Shown one piece after another: positions 1 through 10,166 of a stretch of 64,000 nt of DNA. The translations under genes were made by a program, and so were the position numbers. The notes beneath the pieces are model-generated. The model searched no databases. It saw only the letters and a list, made by a program, of their open reading frames with translations, and was not told where the DNA came from. This DNA is from an uncultured Gemmatimonadales bacterium (GTDB lineage: Bacteria; Gemmatimonadota; Gemmatimonadetes; Longimicrobiales; RSA9). The DNA is taken from the NCBI GenBank assembly GCA_963741945.1, contig CAVUKA010000001.1, forward strand, positions 384,001 to 448,000, read 5' to 3'. How positions within the stretch are numbered: position 1 is the stretch's first letter; the number at the start of each line of letters is the position of its first letter.

Positions 1-2
1 AG

Positions 3-1100
3 GGTGACCTCGGGCTGGTCCACAACGGCAACATCACCAACGCCCAGGTGCTGCGCGAGGAGCTCGTCGAAGAGGGCGCGCTCTTTCAGGGGACCATAGA
101 CAGCGAGGTCATCGTCCACCTGATCTCCCGCTCCCGCTGCCCCACTCCGGAAGAGCAGATCTCCGAGGCCCTTTCCCGCCTCACGGGGGCGGTGAGCGTC
201 ATCATCACCGTCGGCGAAACGCTCTACGCCGCCCGCGACCCCTGGGGATTCCGCCCCCTCGTTCTCGGCCGCTTCCCCGACGACGGCTGGATCGTGGCCA
301 GCGAGAGCTGCGCCCTCGACCTGCTGGGCGCCGAATACGTGCGCGACATCGAGGCAGGCGAGATGGTCAGGATCCGCGGCCACGAGCTCACGTCCCTCCG
401 GGAAGTGCGCGGCGAGCACCGAATCGCACCGTGCATCTTCGAGCTCGTCTACTTCGCCCGCCCCGACTCCCGCATCTGGGGACAGAGCGTGGACCGCGCC
501 CGGCGCGCCTTCGGACGACGACTCGCCCGCGAGCACTCCGCCGATGCCGACGTGGTCATCAGCGTTCCCGACTCCTCCAACTCCGCCGCGCTCGGCTTCT
601 CCGAGGAGAGCGGCATCCCGTACGAGCTGGGGCTCATCCGAAACCACTACGTGGGCCGCACGTTCATTCACCCCACGCAGGCCGGCCGCGACTTCCGCGT
701 CCGCATCAAGTACAACCCCGTGCGCGAAGTCCTCGACGGCCAGCGCGTGGTGGTGGTCGACGACTCCCTCGTCCGCGGCACCACCAGCATGGGCCTCGTC
801 CGCCTCCTCCGGGAAGCCGGCGCTGCGGAAGTCCACTTCCGCATCTCCAGCCCCCCCGTCCGCTATCCCTGCTTCTACGGCATCGACATGCCTACGCGGG
901 AGGAGCTCATCGGCTCCCGCAAGACCGTGGAGGAGATCCGCCGACACCTGGACGTCGACTCCCTCGGCTATCTCTCCCTCGAAGGCATGACCGGCGCCGT
1001 CGCCGCCGCCGGGCCGTTCTGCCACGCCTGCTTCTCGGGCGAGTACACATCGCCGCTCGTCGACCTCGAGCGCGGGCTCCCCGTCTCGACCAGCTGCTGA
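3..1100 (+). CDS. purF: Amidophosphoribosyltransferase (5' end truncated by window edge)
   Basis: Frame is open from position 3 (GDLGLVHNGNITN). Motifs: CIFELVYFARPDS, PRPP-binding VVVDDSLVRGTT, Fe-S cysteines PCFYGID and CHAC. Confidence 0.97.
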   Translation, partial: GDLGLVHNGNITNAQVLREELVEEGALFQGTIDSEVIVHLISRSRCPTPEEQISEALSRLTGAVSVIITVGETLYAARDPWGFRPLVLGRFPDDGWIVASESCALDLLGAEYVRDIEAGEMVRIRGHELTSLREVRGEHRIAPCIFELVYFARPDSRIWGQSVDRARRAFGRRLAREHSADADVVISVPDSSNSAALGFSEESGIPYELGLIRNHYVGRTFIHPTQAGRDFRVRIKYNPVREVLDGQRVVVVDDSLVRGTTSMGLVRLLREAGAAEVHFRISSPPVRYPCFYGIDMPTREELIGSRKTVEEIRRHLDVDSLGYLSLEGMTGAVAAAGPFCHACFSGEYTSPLVDLERGLPVSTSC

Positions 1101-1341
1101 TGCGCCGCCGCCCGGCCTGAGGATGAATGCGGCCACTCGCGAAACGGCGCCCTCGGCCCCGCGCGCTTCTTGCATCCTTGTTCCTCACTGGACGTGAGCT
1201 CGATCGACAACATGATCGCGCGGTAGGAGCTTCCCCCACGACCTGTCGGGCTTGTTCGGACTGGTCGCGAACACGGAAATGCGTACATTGCTCCGCCATT
1301 CCGCGCAGCACCGCGCACCACGAATCCGGAAAGTCCAAATC

Positions 1342-4011
1342 ATGAGCAATCGCTGGGTCTACTTCTTCGGCAACGGCGAGGCCGACGGCGGGACCGAGGT
1401 CAAGGATCTCCTGGGCGGCAAGGGCGCGGGTCTGGCCGATATGGTCCGCGTGGGCGTCCCCGTCCCTCCCGGCTTCACCATCACCACGGCTGTCTGCCGC
1501 CATTACCTCGAGCACGGGGACGTTCCGGACGGCTTGAGCGGCATGGTGCACGAGCACCTGGCGAAAGTGGAATCGGCCACGGAGAAGACGTTCGGGGCCA
1601 CGGACACGCGTCCGCTCCTGGTTTCGGTGCGGAGCGGCGCGAAGGTCTCCATGCCGGGGATGATGGACACGATCCTGAACCTGGGCCTGAACGATGACAC
1701 GGTGCAGGCGCTGGCGCGGGACGCCGATGATGAGCGGTTCGCGTACGACTCCTATCGCCGCTTCATCCAGATGTACTCGGACGTGGTGCTCGGGCTGGAG
1801 CACGAGCTGTTCGAGAACCGGCTGGAAGCGAAGCGGGACGCCCGCGGGGTGGAGGAGGACACGGACCTGACCGCGGAGGACCTGCGGGAACTGGTGGTGG
1901 AGTATCGTGAGCTGGTGGAGCGCGAGACGGGCACGCCCTTCCCGACCGACCCGGAAGCGCAGCTGTGGGGCGCGATCAAGGCCGTTTTCGACTCCTGGAA
2001 CAACGAGCGCGCCATCGCCTACCGTCGCCACAACAAGATCCCGGAGGACCTGGGCACCGCCGTCACCGTCCAGACCATGGTCTACGGGAACATGGGGAAC
2101 ACGTCCGGCACGGGGGTGGCGTTCACGCGCGACCCGAGCACGGGCGAGAAGCTCGTCTTCGGCGAGTTCCTGCTCAACGCGCAGGGTGAGGACGTGGTGG
2201 CCGGGATCCGGACGCCCGTGGCCATCAGCGAGATGGCGGAGATCCTCCCGGACGCGTACGACCAGCTGCAGGAGATCCAGGATCGACTGGAGCGCCATTA
2301 CACGGACATGCAGGACATGGAGTTCACGGTGGAGCGCGGCCGGCTGTACCTGCTCCAGACGCGTACGGGGAAGCGGACGTCGGCGGCGGCGATCCGGATC
2401 GCGGTGGAGATGGTCGGGGAGGGCCTGATCAACAGGGCCACGGCCGTGAGGCGTGTGGAGCCGGAGCAGCTGGAACAGCAGCTCCATCCGGGGCTCGACC
2501 CGAGCGCGGAAACGGAGGAGCTGGCGAAAGGGCTGCCGGCGTCGCCCGGGGCGGCGGCGGGCAAGGTGGTGTTCGACCCGGATGAGGCCGTGCGGTGGGG
2601 CAAGGATGGCGCGCCCGTGCTCCTGGTCCGGCACGAGACCTCGCCGGACGACTTCGCGGGCATGGCCGCGGCGCAGGGGATCGTCACATCGCGCGGCGGA
2701 ATGACATCGCACGCGGCGGTCGTGGCGCGGGGCATGGGGAAGCCGTGCGTCGCGGGCGCGCACACTCTGGACATCCACGAGGGCGACGGGTACATGACCG
2801 CGGCCGGGAAGCGGATCGAGCAGGGCGACTGGATCACGATCGACGGAGCCACGGGGCGGGTGCTGGCGGGACGCGTCGCCACGGTGGAGCCGGAAGTGTC
2901 CGACGAGTTCCGGAAGCTCATGGGGTGGGCCGACGACGTGCGCACCATGCGGGTCCGGACGAACGCGGACAACCCGGAGGACGCGCGCAAGGCCCGGGAG
3001 TTCGGCGCGGAAGGGATCGGGCTCTGTCGCACCGAACACATGTTCTTCGGCGATGAGCGGATCCTGGCCGTGCGCGAAATGATCCTGGCCAGGGACTCGG
3101 AGGAGCGGAAGGCCGCGCTGGACAAGCTGCTGCCGATGCAGCGGGGCGATTTCGAGGGAATCTTCCGGGCGATGGACGGCTACCCCGTCACCATCCGCCT
3201 GCTCGATCCGCCGCTCCACGAGTTCCTCCCCCACGACGACCAGGAGATGCAGGAGCTGGCCGACGCCACGGACCGCTCCATCGACGTCGTGCGGGCAGCC
3301 GTGGCGCGGCACCGCGAGGCCAACCCGATGCTGGGGCACCGGGGCTGCCGGCTCGGCATCACGGTGCCCGAGCTCACCGAGATGCAGGCGTGCGCCATTT
3401 TCGAAGCGGCGGTGACCGTGGCCGCGGAGGGCGTGGATGTCCAGCCGGAGATCATGGTGCCGCTGGTCGGGACGGAAGAGGAGCTGGTACTTCAGGAGAA
3501 GGCGATCCGCCGGGTCGCCCGTCAGGTGTTCGAGGAGCGCGGGCGTGAGGTGGCGTACCTGGTGGGCACCATGATCGAGCTGCCACGTGCCGCCCTCACC
3601 GCCGACCGGATCGCGCAGTCCGCCGAGTTCTTCTCGTTCGGCACCAACGACCTGACCCAGACCACGTACGGGATCTCCCGGGACGACGCGGGCTCCTTCC
3701 TGCCGTACTACATCGAGCACGGCATTTTCCCGAACGACCCGTTCCAGGTGCTGGACCGCGAGGGCGTGGGCCAGCTGGTGGCGCTCGGAACGCGCAAGGG
3801 CCGCGCTGCCCGCAAGGATCTCAAGGTGGGCATCTGCGGCGAGCATGGTGGCGACCCCAGCTCCGTGGCCTTCTGCCATCGGGTGGGTCTCGATTACGTT
3901 TCCTGCTCGCCGTTCCGGGTACCGGTCGCCCGCCTGGCCGCCGCCCAGGCCGCGCTCTACGACGCGGACCCGGAAGCGCAGGAGGAGCAGCGGCTGCAGA
4001 ACGTGGGTTGA
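1342..4011 (+). CDS. ppdK: Pyruvate, phosphate dikinase
   Basis: LLGGKGAGL, SVRSGAKVSMPGMMDT, phospho-His motif GGMTSHAAVVARG, GIGLCRTEHMF, FSFGTNDLTQ, GICGEHGG. Start set to ATG 1342 (MSNRWVYFF). Confidence 0.98.
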   Translation: MSNRWVYFFGNGEADGGTEVKDLLGGKGAGLADMVRVGVPVPPGFTITTAVCRHYLEHGDVPDGLSGMVHEHLAKVESATEKTFGATDTRPLLVSVRSGAKVSMPGMMDTILNLGLNDDTVQALARDADDERFAYDSYRRFIQMYSDVVLGLEHELFENRLEAKRDARGVEEDTDLTAEDLRELVVEYRELVERETGTPFPTDPEAQLWGAIKAVFDSWNNERAIAYRRHNKIPEDLGTAVTVQTMVYGNMGNTSGTGVAFTRDPSTGEKLVFGEFLLNAQGEDVVAGIRTPVAISEMAEILPDAYDQLQEIQDRLERHYTDMQDMEFTVERGRLYLLQTRTGKRTSAAAIRIAVEMVGEGLINRATAVRRVEPEQLEQQLHPGLDPSAETEELAKGLPASPGAAAGKVVFDPDEAVRWGKDGAPVLLVRHETSPDDFAGMAAAQGIVTSRGGMTSHAAVVARGMGKPCVAGAHTLDIHEGDGYMTAAGKRIEQGDWITIDGATGRVLAGRVATVEPEVSDEFRKLMGWADDVRTMRVRTNADNPEDARKAREFGAEGIGLCRTEHMFFGDERILAVREMILARDSEERKAALDKLLPMQRGDFEGIFRAMDGYPVTIRLLDPPLHEFLPHDDQEMQELADATDRSIDVVRAAVARHREANPMLGHRGCRLGITVPELTEMQACAIFEAAVTVAAEGVDVQPEIMVPLVGTEEELVLQEKAIRRVARQVFEERGREVAYLVGTMIELPRAALTADRIAQSAEFFSFGTNDLTQTTYGISRDDAGSFLPYYIEHGIFPNDPFQVLDREGVGQLVALGTRKGRAARKDLKVGICGEHGGDPSSVAFCHRVGLDYVSCSPFRVPVARLAAAQAALYDADPEAQEEQRLQNVG

Positions 4012-4027
4012 GGGACTGAGGAGGAGA

Positions 4028-5089
4028 ATGGCCGGAGTGACCGAGGCGGCATTGCGTCGCCTGCCGAAGACGGACCTGCACGTGCACCTGGACGGCTCGC
4101 TCCGCCCCGCCACGCTCGTCGAGCTGGCGGAGGAACGGGGCGTGAAGCTGCCCACGCACGATCCGCAGGAGCTGGCGGACTACATGCACGTGCAGGATGC
4201 TCGTGACCTCGTGGACTACCTGTCCCGCTTCGATATCACTCTGTCCGTAATGCAGGACACCGACGCGCTGGAACGCATCGCGTTCGAGCTTGCCGAGGAC
4301 GCCGCCGAAGAGAACGTGCGCTACATGGAGGTCCGCTTCTCCCCGGTCCTCAACATCCAGGATGGCCTCAGCCTCCAGGAAGCCGTCGAAGCGCCGCTGC
4401 GGGGGCTCCGGCGCGCGGAGGAGATGTACGACATCCGGACGGGCATCATCATCTGCGGGATCCGGAACATGAGCCCGCACACCTCCATGGAGCTGGCGGA
4501 CCTCACGGTCACGTTCAAGAACCGGGGTGTGGTGGCGTTCGACCTGGCGGGCGCCGAGTACAACAACCCGGCCAAGATGCACCGGGAAGCGTTCTACCGT
4601 GTGGGCAATGCGAACGTGGCGGCCACGATCCACGCGGGCGAGGCGTACGGTCCCGAATCGATCCACCAGGCGCTGCACTACTGCAACGCCAACCGGATCG
4701 GCCACGGCACCCGCCTCTACGAGGACCCGGACCTCATGCGGTACATCAACGACTTCCGGGTCCCCATCGAGATCTGCCTCACGTCCAACGTGCAGACCCA
4801 CGCGGTGGAGCGCTTCCAGGACCACCCGCTGCGGCTCTACTTCGACGAAGGCCTGGTGGTGACCATCAATACGGACAACCGGCTGATGAGCGCCACGACG
4901 GTCACGGAGGAGTACTGGCGCGCGCACCAGTACCTGGATTTCACCTGGGACGAGCTGACCCGGATCGCGCTCAACGGCTTCGAGAGCGCGTTCCTGCCCT
5001 ACCAGGAGAAGCAGGCGCTCGTGGCAGCCGTCGCCGAGGAGATCGCCGGGCTGGACCCGATGCCGAGGCGCGCCAGCGCAGCCGGATAA
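4028..5089 (+). CDS. add: Adenosine deaminase
   Basis: LPKTDLHVHLDGS, HAGE, RIGHG, EICLTSN, INTDN motifs. GAGGAG RBS precedes the ATG at 4028. Confidence 0.93.
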   Translation: MAGVTEAALRRLPKTDLHVHLDGSLRPATLVELAEERGVKLPTHDPQELADYMHVQDARDLVDYLSRFDITLSVMQDTDALERIAFELAEDAAEENVRYMEVRFSPVLNIQDGLSLQEAVEAPLRGLRRAEEMYDIRTGIIICGIRNMSPHTSMELADLTVTFKNRGVVAFDLAGAEYNNPAKMHREAFYRVGNANVAATIHAGEAYGPESIHQALHYCNANRIGHGTRLYEDPDLMRYINDFRVPIEICLTSNVQTHAVERFQDHPLRLYFDEGLVVTINTDNRLMSATTVTEEYWRAHQYLDFTWDELTRIALNGFESAFLPYQEKQALVAAVAEEIAGLDPMPRRASAAG

Positions 5090-5199
5090 GTCCGACGGCT
5101 GAGCGGTCCCCGGACCGCGACGGACGCCTGCGGCGGCAGCGTGCGCCGGCCGGTTCGTCACGGGAGCGCAACAGCCACGCGGATCCCGCCGCGGGAGGG

Positions 5200-5228
5200 T
5201 TGATTCTGCGACGGCCCGCCCGTATCAT
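5200..5228 (+). promoter_or_regulatory. Putative sigma70 promoter for the TonB-dependent receptor
   Basis: TTGATT (5200-5205), 17 bp spacer, TATCAT (5223-5228). Confidence 0.6.
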
Positions 5229-5396
5229 CGGCGCGACTTTCCCAGTCAACCACGACCACGACAGTGATGACCGACGCCGGCGGCAGCCCCATTCGGAGGC
5301 GTTCCAAAGCGGGACGGGCATTCTGTAGCACCGGTCGTTTTCTCCAGGCCCATTTCCGGGCCGGAGAGTCTCTCAGTACCCCAACCTGGATGGACG

Positions 5397-8300
5397 ATGA
5401 CGACGAAGTCTCGTAAGCGGTCGTCGCTCCTGGGTATCGCCCTGCTCGCGCTCGCTGGTGCAGCCGGCGGGTTGAGCGCCCAGAGCACGACGACGGCCGG
5501 CATCGCCGGCTCGATACGTACTGCGGACGGTGAGGCAGTGCCCACCGCGGAGGTGGTGATCCGCAACAGCGCCACCGGCGTGACCAACCGCGCCATCACC
5601 GGTCAGAACGGCCGGTATTTCATTCCCTACCTGAAGCCGGGCGCGGGCTACGTGGTGGAGGTGAACGCCCTCGGGTACGGGACGCAGCGCGAGGAGAACG
5701 TCCGGCTCACGCTGGGCGACATCTACGAGCTGAACTTCACACTTCAGCCGCAGGCGGTGAGTGCCGGCGAGATCCGGGTCACCACGGCGCGCGGGGACGT
5801 GTTCAGCCCCACGCACATGGGCGCCCAGACCACGGTGGACGAGAGTGCCATCGAGGACCAGCCGAGCATCGATCGCCACATCAACGACCTGGCGGCGCTC
5901 TCGCCGTACGTTTCGCTCACCGGTGACGCGCCCTCCGTGGGCGGCCAGAACAACCGGATGAACAACATCCAGATCGACGGCGCCGTGAACAACGACGTGT
6001 TCGGCCTGGCGGCCAGCGGCGTGCCGGGCGGGCAGGCGAACGCGAAGCCGATCCCGATCGACGCCATTGCGCAGTTCGAGGTGCTGGTGGCCCCGTTCGA
6101 CGTGCGCCAGGCGGGCTTCAGCGGCGGCCTGATCAACGCCGTCACGAAGAGCGGGACCAACCAGTGGACAGGCTCGCTCTACGGGTACTACCGCAACGAG
6201 AACTTCCTCAACAACAACCTGAAGTACACGCTCCCGGTGGCGGGCGGGGGTGTGGCCAAGGACTCCCTCACGACGGCCGACTTCCTGGACCAGACGCTTG
6301 GATTCTCCATGGGCGGTCCGATCGTCAAGGACAAGCTGCACCTGTACGCGGCGGGTGAGTTCCAGCGGCGGGAATACCCGCTGTTCTACGGCATCTCTTC
6401 CGATCCCGCCCGCATCCGCCAGAGTCCGGACTCGATCCAGCGCTTCATCAACATCCTGGAGAACCAGTACGGCTTCGACCCGGGTGATCCGACGGCGTAC
6501 GCGCAGAAGAATCCGAACAGCAACGTCTTCGCCCGGCTCGACTGGTCGCCGAGCGAGAAGCACCGGATAACGTTCCGGGACAACTTCGTGCATGCGTCCG
6601 ATGCCAGCTCGCCATCGCGCGGCGGATCGTACTTCACGCTGTCGTCGGGAACGTACAGCTTCGAGAGCAACACCAATTCGGCGGTGCTCCAGGTCCACTC
6701 CACGTTCGCGCAGGACCTGTTCAACGAGCTGCTGGTCAACTACGAGCGCGTGCGCGATCGCCGCAATCCCCTGGGCAGCTACCCGCTGATCCAGGTGGAC
6801 AACACCAGCTCCCTGAGCAGCGGGACCGTGAACGGGACGCTTCAGGCCGGGGCCGAGCTCTACTCCCAGGCCAACGAGCTCGACCAGGATATCGTCCAGA
6901 TCACGGACAACTTCACGAAGGTGCTCGGCGCCCACCGCGCAACGCTCGGTGGTCAGGTCGAGTACTACCATTTCCGCAACCTGTTCGCCCCCGGCACCAT
7001 GGGGCAGTGGGGCTTCGACAGCCTCACCGACTTCCAGGGCGGGAACGCCAGCAGCTATTTCGTCAACGTCCCGTACGGCAATCTCACGGTCGCGGACCTG
7101 GCGGCGAAGTTCGGCGTCTACAACCTCAGCGCCTATGTCCAGGACGAGTGGACGGTCAACTCGCAGCTCACGCTCAGCGGCGGGCTCCGTTTCGACGTCC
7201 CGGTCATGCCGGACAAGCCGCGCAGCAACCCGGAGTTCCAGCAGGCTTTCGGCCTGTCCACGGCCGTCGTGCCGTCCGGCAACTTCAACATCTCACCGCG
7301 CCTCGGCTTCAACTGGCAGGTCCCGGGCGACGTGATGACTCAGGTGCGTGGCGGCGCCGGCCTCTTCACTGGCCGCCCGCCGTTCGTCTGGCTGTCGAAC
7401 CAGTACGGCAACACCGGTCACGAGATGGTGGCGCTGAACTGCAGGGGCTCGAACGCGCCGGCGTTCACGTCGGGCGCACCGCCCACGACCTGCGCCGATG
7501 GCACGCCGGCAACGGCGAGCGGCGTGATGATCGTGAACGTCTTCGACAAGGACTTCCGGTTCCCGCAGGAGCTCAAGATCTCGCTGGCCGTGGACCGTGA
7601 GCTGCCCTGGGACCTGCGCGCCACGGTGGAGGGACTCTACACGAAGTCCATCAACCAGATCGCGATGAAGGACCTCAACTTCAACTACGTCGGCCAGTCG
7701 AACCCGGCGGACGCCATTGGCAACCGCCCCGTGTTCGGCACGCCCGTGGACAACTCGTACGACGCCATGGCGCCGGACCGCGTCAACAGCGCGTTCGGTC
7801 CGGTGATCGAGCTGACGAACGACAGCAAGAACTACGCATACCTGTTCAACTTCGAGCTGCAGCGGAAGTTCTTCGAGAACATCGACGTGCGGGCCGCATA
7901 CACGTACTCGCGCGCGTTCGCGACGCAGAACCTGACGTCCAGCATCGCCACGTCGAACTACGGCTACAACGCCATCAGTGGCGACCCGAACGATCCGCCG
8001 GTGGCGCCGTCGAGCTTCGATCGGCCGCACAAGATCCTGCTCACCGCGTCGGGAACCTTCTTCGAGAAGTACGGCGGGACCACGCTCTCGGCGTTCTACA
8101 TCGGGCGCTCCGGGAAGCGGTACTACTACATCTATGACGGCGACGTCAACGGCGACGGTTACGAGACGTACGGTGTCGTGAACAATCGGAACAACGACCT
8201 GGCGTACATCCCGAACAGCTCCAGCGAGATCACGTGGAGCCCCACGGGTCGCCCGGCCGCCGAGGATGAGCGACTCTACAACGAGCTGGTGAGCCTGGAG

Positions 8301-8672
8301 CCGTGTCTCCAGGAATCGAAGGGGTCCATCATGGAGGCGTTCGCCTGCCAGGGCCCGTGGAGCAACCAGCTCAACATGAAGCTCCAGCAGGGCATCCCGC
8401 TGCCCACGCAGCGTGGCAAGGTGGCCCTCACGGTGGATGTCTTCAACGTCCTGAACCTGCTCAACCACGAGTGGGGCCTCGACCAGGGCCCCCTCTATGG
8501 CGACCAGTACCTGCTGCAGCTCCGCGGGCGTGACAACGCCACGGGCGCCATGCAGTTCGACTACTACGGTCCCACGGTGACGCAGGACGGGGTGCAGCAC
8601 GCGGTGAAGCCGTACACCACGTTCTTCGACAGCCGCTGGAGCATCCAGACGGGGGTACGGGTTACGTTCTAA
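5397..8672 (+). CDS. Oar-like TonB-dependent outer-membrane receptor with N-terminal carboxypeptidase-regulatory-like domain
   Basis: Signal peptide; plug motifs NNIQIDGAVNNDVFG and GFSGGLINAVTKSGTN; YVQDEW; SPRLGFNW; C-terminal barrel strand ending in F (GVRVTF). Confidence 0.9.
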   Translation: MTTKSRKRSSLLGIALLALAGAAGGLSAQSTTTAGIAGSIRTADGEAVPTAEVVIRNSATGVTNRAITGQNGRYFIPYLKPGAGYVVEVNALGYGTQREENVRLTLGDIYELNFTLQPQAVSAGEIRVTTARGDVFSPTHMGAQTTVDESAIEDQPSIDRHINDLAALSPYVSLTGDAPSVGGQNNRMNNIQIDGAVNNDVFGLAASGVPGGQANAKPIPIDAIAQFEVLVAPFDVRQAGFSGGLINAVTKSGTNQWTGSLYGYYRNENFLNNNLKYTLPVAGGGVAKDSLTTADFLDQTLGFSMGGPIVKDKLHLYAAGEFQRREYPLFYGISSDPARIRQSPDSIQRFINILENQYGFDPGDPTAYAQKNPNSNVFARLDWSPSEKHRITFRDNFVHASDASSPSRGGSYFTLSSGTYSFESNTNSAVLQVHSTFAQDLFNELLVNYERVRDRRNPLGSYPLIQVDNTSSLSSGTVNGTLQAGAELYSQANELDQDIVQITDNFTKVLGAHRATLGGQVEYYHFRNLFAPGTMGQWGFDSLTDFQGGNASSYFVNVPYGNLTVADLAAKFGVYNLSAYVQDEWTVNSQLTLSGGLRFDVPVMPDKPRSNPEFQQAFGLSTAVVPSGNFNISPRLGFNWQVPGDVMTQVRGGAGLFTGRPPFVWLSNQYGNTGHEMVALNCRGSNAPAFTSGAPPTTCADGTPATASGVMIVNVFDKDFRFPQELKISLAVDRELPWDLRATVEGLYTKSINQIAMKDLNFNYVGQSNPADAIGNRPVFGTPVDNSYDAMAPDRVNSAFGPVIELTNDSKNYAYLFNFELQRKFFENIDVRAAYTYSRAFATQNLTSSIATSNYGYNAISGDPNDPPVAPSSFDRPHKILLTASGTFFEKYGGTTLSAFYIGRSGKRYYYIYDGDVNGDGYETYGVVNNRNNDLAYIPNSSSEITWSPTGRPAAEDERLYNELVSLEPCLQESKGSIMEAFACQGPWSNQLNMKLQQGIPLPTQRGKVALTVDVFNVLNLLNHEWGLDQGPLYGDQYLLQLRGRDNATGAMQFDYYGPTVTQDGVQHAVKPYTTFFDSRWSIQTGVRVTF

Positions 8673-8692
8673 CCCGCTCGCCCGAAGCTCGA

Positions 8693-8736
8693 AGGAAGAA
8701 AGCCCCGCCGGCAGCTGCCGGCGGGGCTTTCTTCCT
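8693..8736. terminator. Bidirectional intrinsic terminator (44-bp perfect palindrome)
   Basis: AGGAAGAAAGCCCCGCCGGCAG|CTGCCGGCGGGGCTTTCTTCCT between the convergent receptor gene and fbp. Confidence 0.85.
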
Positions 8737-8769
8737 CCCCTCCCCGGAGTCCTTCCGGCTCGCCTCGAC

Positions 8770-9795
8770 CTAGGCGCTCGTGGCCAGCACGTCCTCCCCG
8801 AGGAACTCGTGCGCCAGATCCACGTGCTCGGCGGAGCCCATGAACACCGGCGTGCGCTGGTGGAGGCTGGTGGGGACGATGTCCAGGATCGGGCCGGTGC
8901 CATCCGTCGCCCGGCCGCCCGCCTGCTCGAAGATCCACGCCAGTGGTGACGCTTCGTACAGGAGCCGCAGCTTGCCCTTCGGGTGTCGCGTGTCCGGCGG
9001 ATACATGAACAACCCGCCGTAGAGGAGCGTTCGGTTCAGGTCGGCCACCATGGAGCCGATGTAGCGCGAAGACCAGGACTCCGCGCTGGCGCTGCCGATC
9101 CCCTTCAGATGGTCCACAAGCCGCTGCTGCCGTTCTGACCAGCGGGAATAGTACGCCTCGTTGATGCTGTAGATGCGCTGCGGCGGACGCGGGATCTGGA
9201 TGTCCGGGTGGCTCAGCAGGAACTCCCCGATCGACGGGTCCAGCGTGAAGCCGTGCACTCCCGCCCCGGTCGTGTAGACCAGCATTGTCGAGGAGCCGTA
9301 GACAATGTACCCGGAAGCGATCTGGTCCCGCCCGCGCTGCAGGCAGTCCTCGTCGCAGCCGCGCGGGTGGTCCGACACCTTCCGATGCACCGAGAAGATC
9401 GTCCCGATCGAGACGTTCGCGTCGATGTTGGACGAGCCGTCCAGCGGATCGTAGAGGAGCGTGTACTTCCCCGTCGGGAACCGGTCCGGGATGTCCAGGA
9501 TCTCCTCGTGCTCTTCCGACGCCATGCAGCAGAGGAGCCCCGTGTGATCGAACGCGTTGAAGATGACATCGTCGGCGAACTCGTCCAGTTTCCGCACCGT
9601 CTCGCCGTGGACGTTCGTCTGCTTCGTGGCGCCCAGGATATCCACCAGACCCGCCTGGCTCACTTCCCGGGCGATGATCTTGGCGGCCAGCGCGATGTTG
9701 TAGAGCAGGTCGCTCAGGGCACCCGTTGCCTGCGGGTGGCGGCGTTCCTGGTCGATGATGTGGCGCTCAATGGTGACCACCGATCGGGACGTCAT
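8770..9795 (-). CDS. fbp: Fructose-1,6-bisphosphatase class 1
   Basis: NVHGETVRKLD, ASEE, DPLDGSSNID, RYIGSMVAD, GKLRLLYEA. Confidence 0.97.
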   Translation of the reverse strand: MTSRSVVTIERHIIDQERRHPQATGALSDLLYNIALAAKIIAREVSQAGLVDILGATKQTNVHGETVRKLDEFADDVIFNAFDHTGLLCCMASEEHEEILDIPDRFPTGKYTLLYDPLDGSSNIDANVSIGTIFSVHRKVSDHPRGCDEDCLQRGRDQIASGYIVYGSSTMLVYTTGAGVHGFTLDPSIGEFLLSHPDIQIPRPPQRIYSINEAYYSRWSERQQRLVDHLKGIGSASAESWSSRYIGSMVADLNRTLLYGGLFMYPPDTRHPKGKLRLLYEASPLAWIFEQAGGRATDGTGPILDIVPTSLHQRTPVFMGSAEHVDLAHEFLGEDVLATSA

Positions 9796-10166
9796 GGGGT
9801 CTCTCCGGTTGTGCCGGACCCGCTCTCCGCCGCTCGGGCCTCGACTTCATAAGGATTGGCCTGGTATCCGTGACAAATATGGGCGCCCACGTAGCGGAAT
9901 GGAAAGAGCAGCGGCTCACGCCTCCACTGCGCCACGTGCGCCAGCTCGTGCCGGAGCAGCCGCGAACCCGGCTGCACCGACGGGTGCACCAGGATCGTGC
10001 GTCCCAGCGTGACGGCGGCCGCGGGACCGCCCATCCCGGCCAGACGACCTCCCAGTCCGGTCAGCAGCCGCGACCGCCGCACGGCGGTGCGCGGCGGCAG
10101 CTCCTCGTCCACGGAAACGACCTCGCCCGCCAGCAGGCGCGCAAGACCTTCCACCAGTAGGCTCAT
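9792..10166 (-). CDS. Small DUF4157-like HExxH protein
   Basis: AVTLGRTI...LLRHELAHVAQW...NPYEVEA; 4-bp overlaps with both neighbours. Confidence 0.75.
   Translation of the reverse strand: MSLLVEGLARLLAGEVVSVDEELPPRTAVRRSRLLTGLGGRLAGMGGPAAAVTLGRTILVHPSVQPGSRLLRHELAHVAQWRREPLLFPFRYVGAHICHGYQANPYEVEARAAESGSGTTGETP

Noticed and set aside
1101-1150. Hammerhead-like CTGAGGA...GAAAC with flanking GCGCCG/CGGCGC after purF
   Set aside because: No NUH cleavage triplet after the stem III strand, and stem II does not close with a proper pair. Probably a chance match in a GC-rich hairpin.
907-4155. Very long antisense and alternate-frame ORFs (e.g. 907-4155, 11118-14135, 22174-24195, 45797-48220)
   Set aside because: They shadow well-supported genes and are expected in high-GC DNA; the products are Arg/Pro/Ala-rich with no recognisable motifs.
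1342-9795. ppdK, fbp and aceAB as a dedicated gluconeogenesis cluster
   Set aside because: They lie in separate transcription units up to 50 kb apart, so co-location is not evidence of a system.
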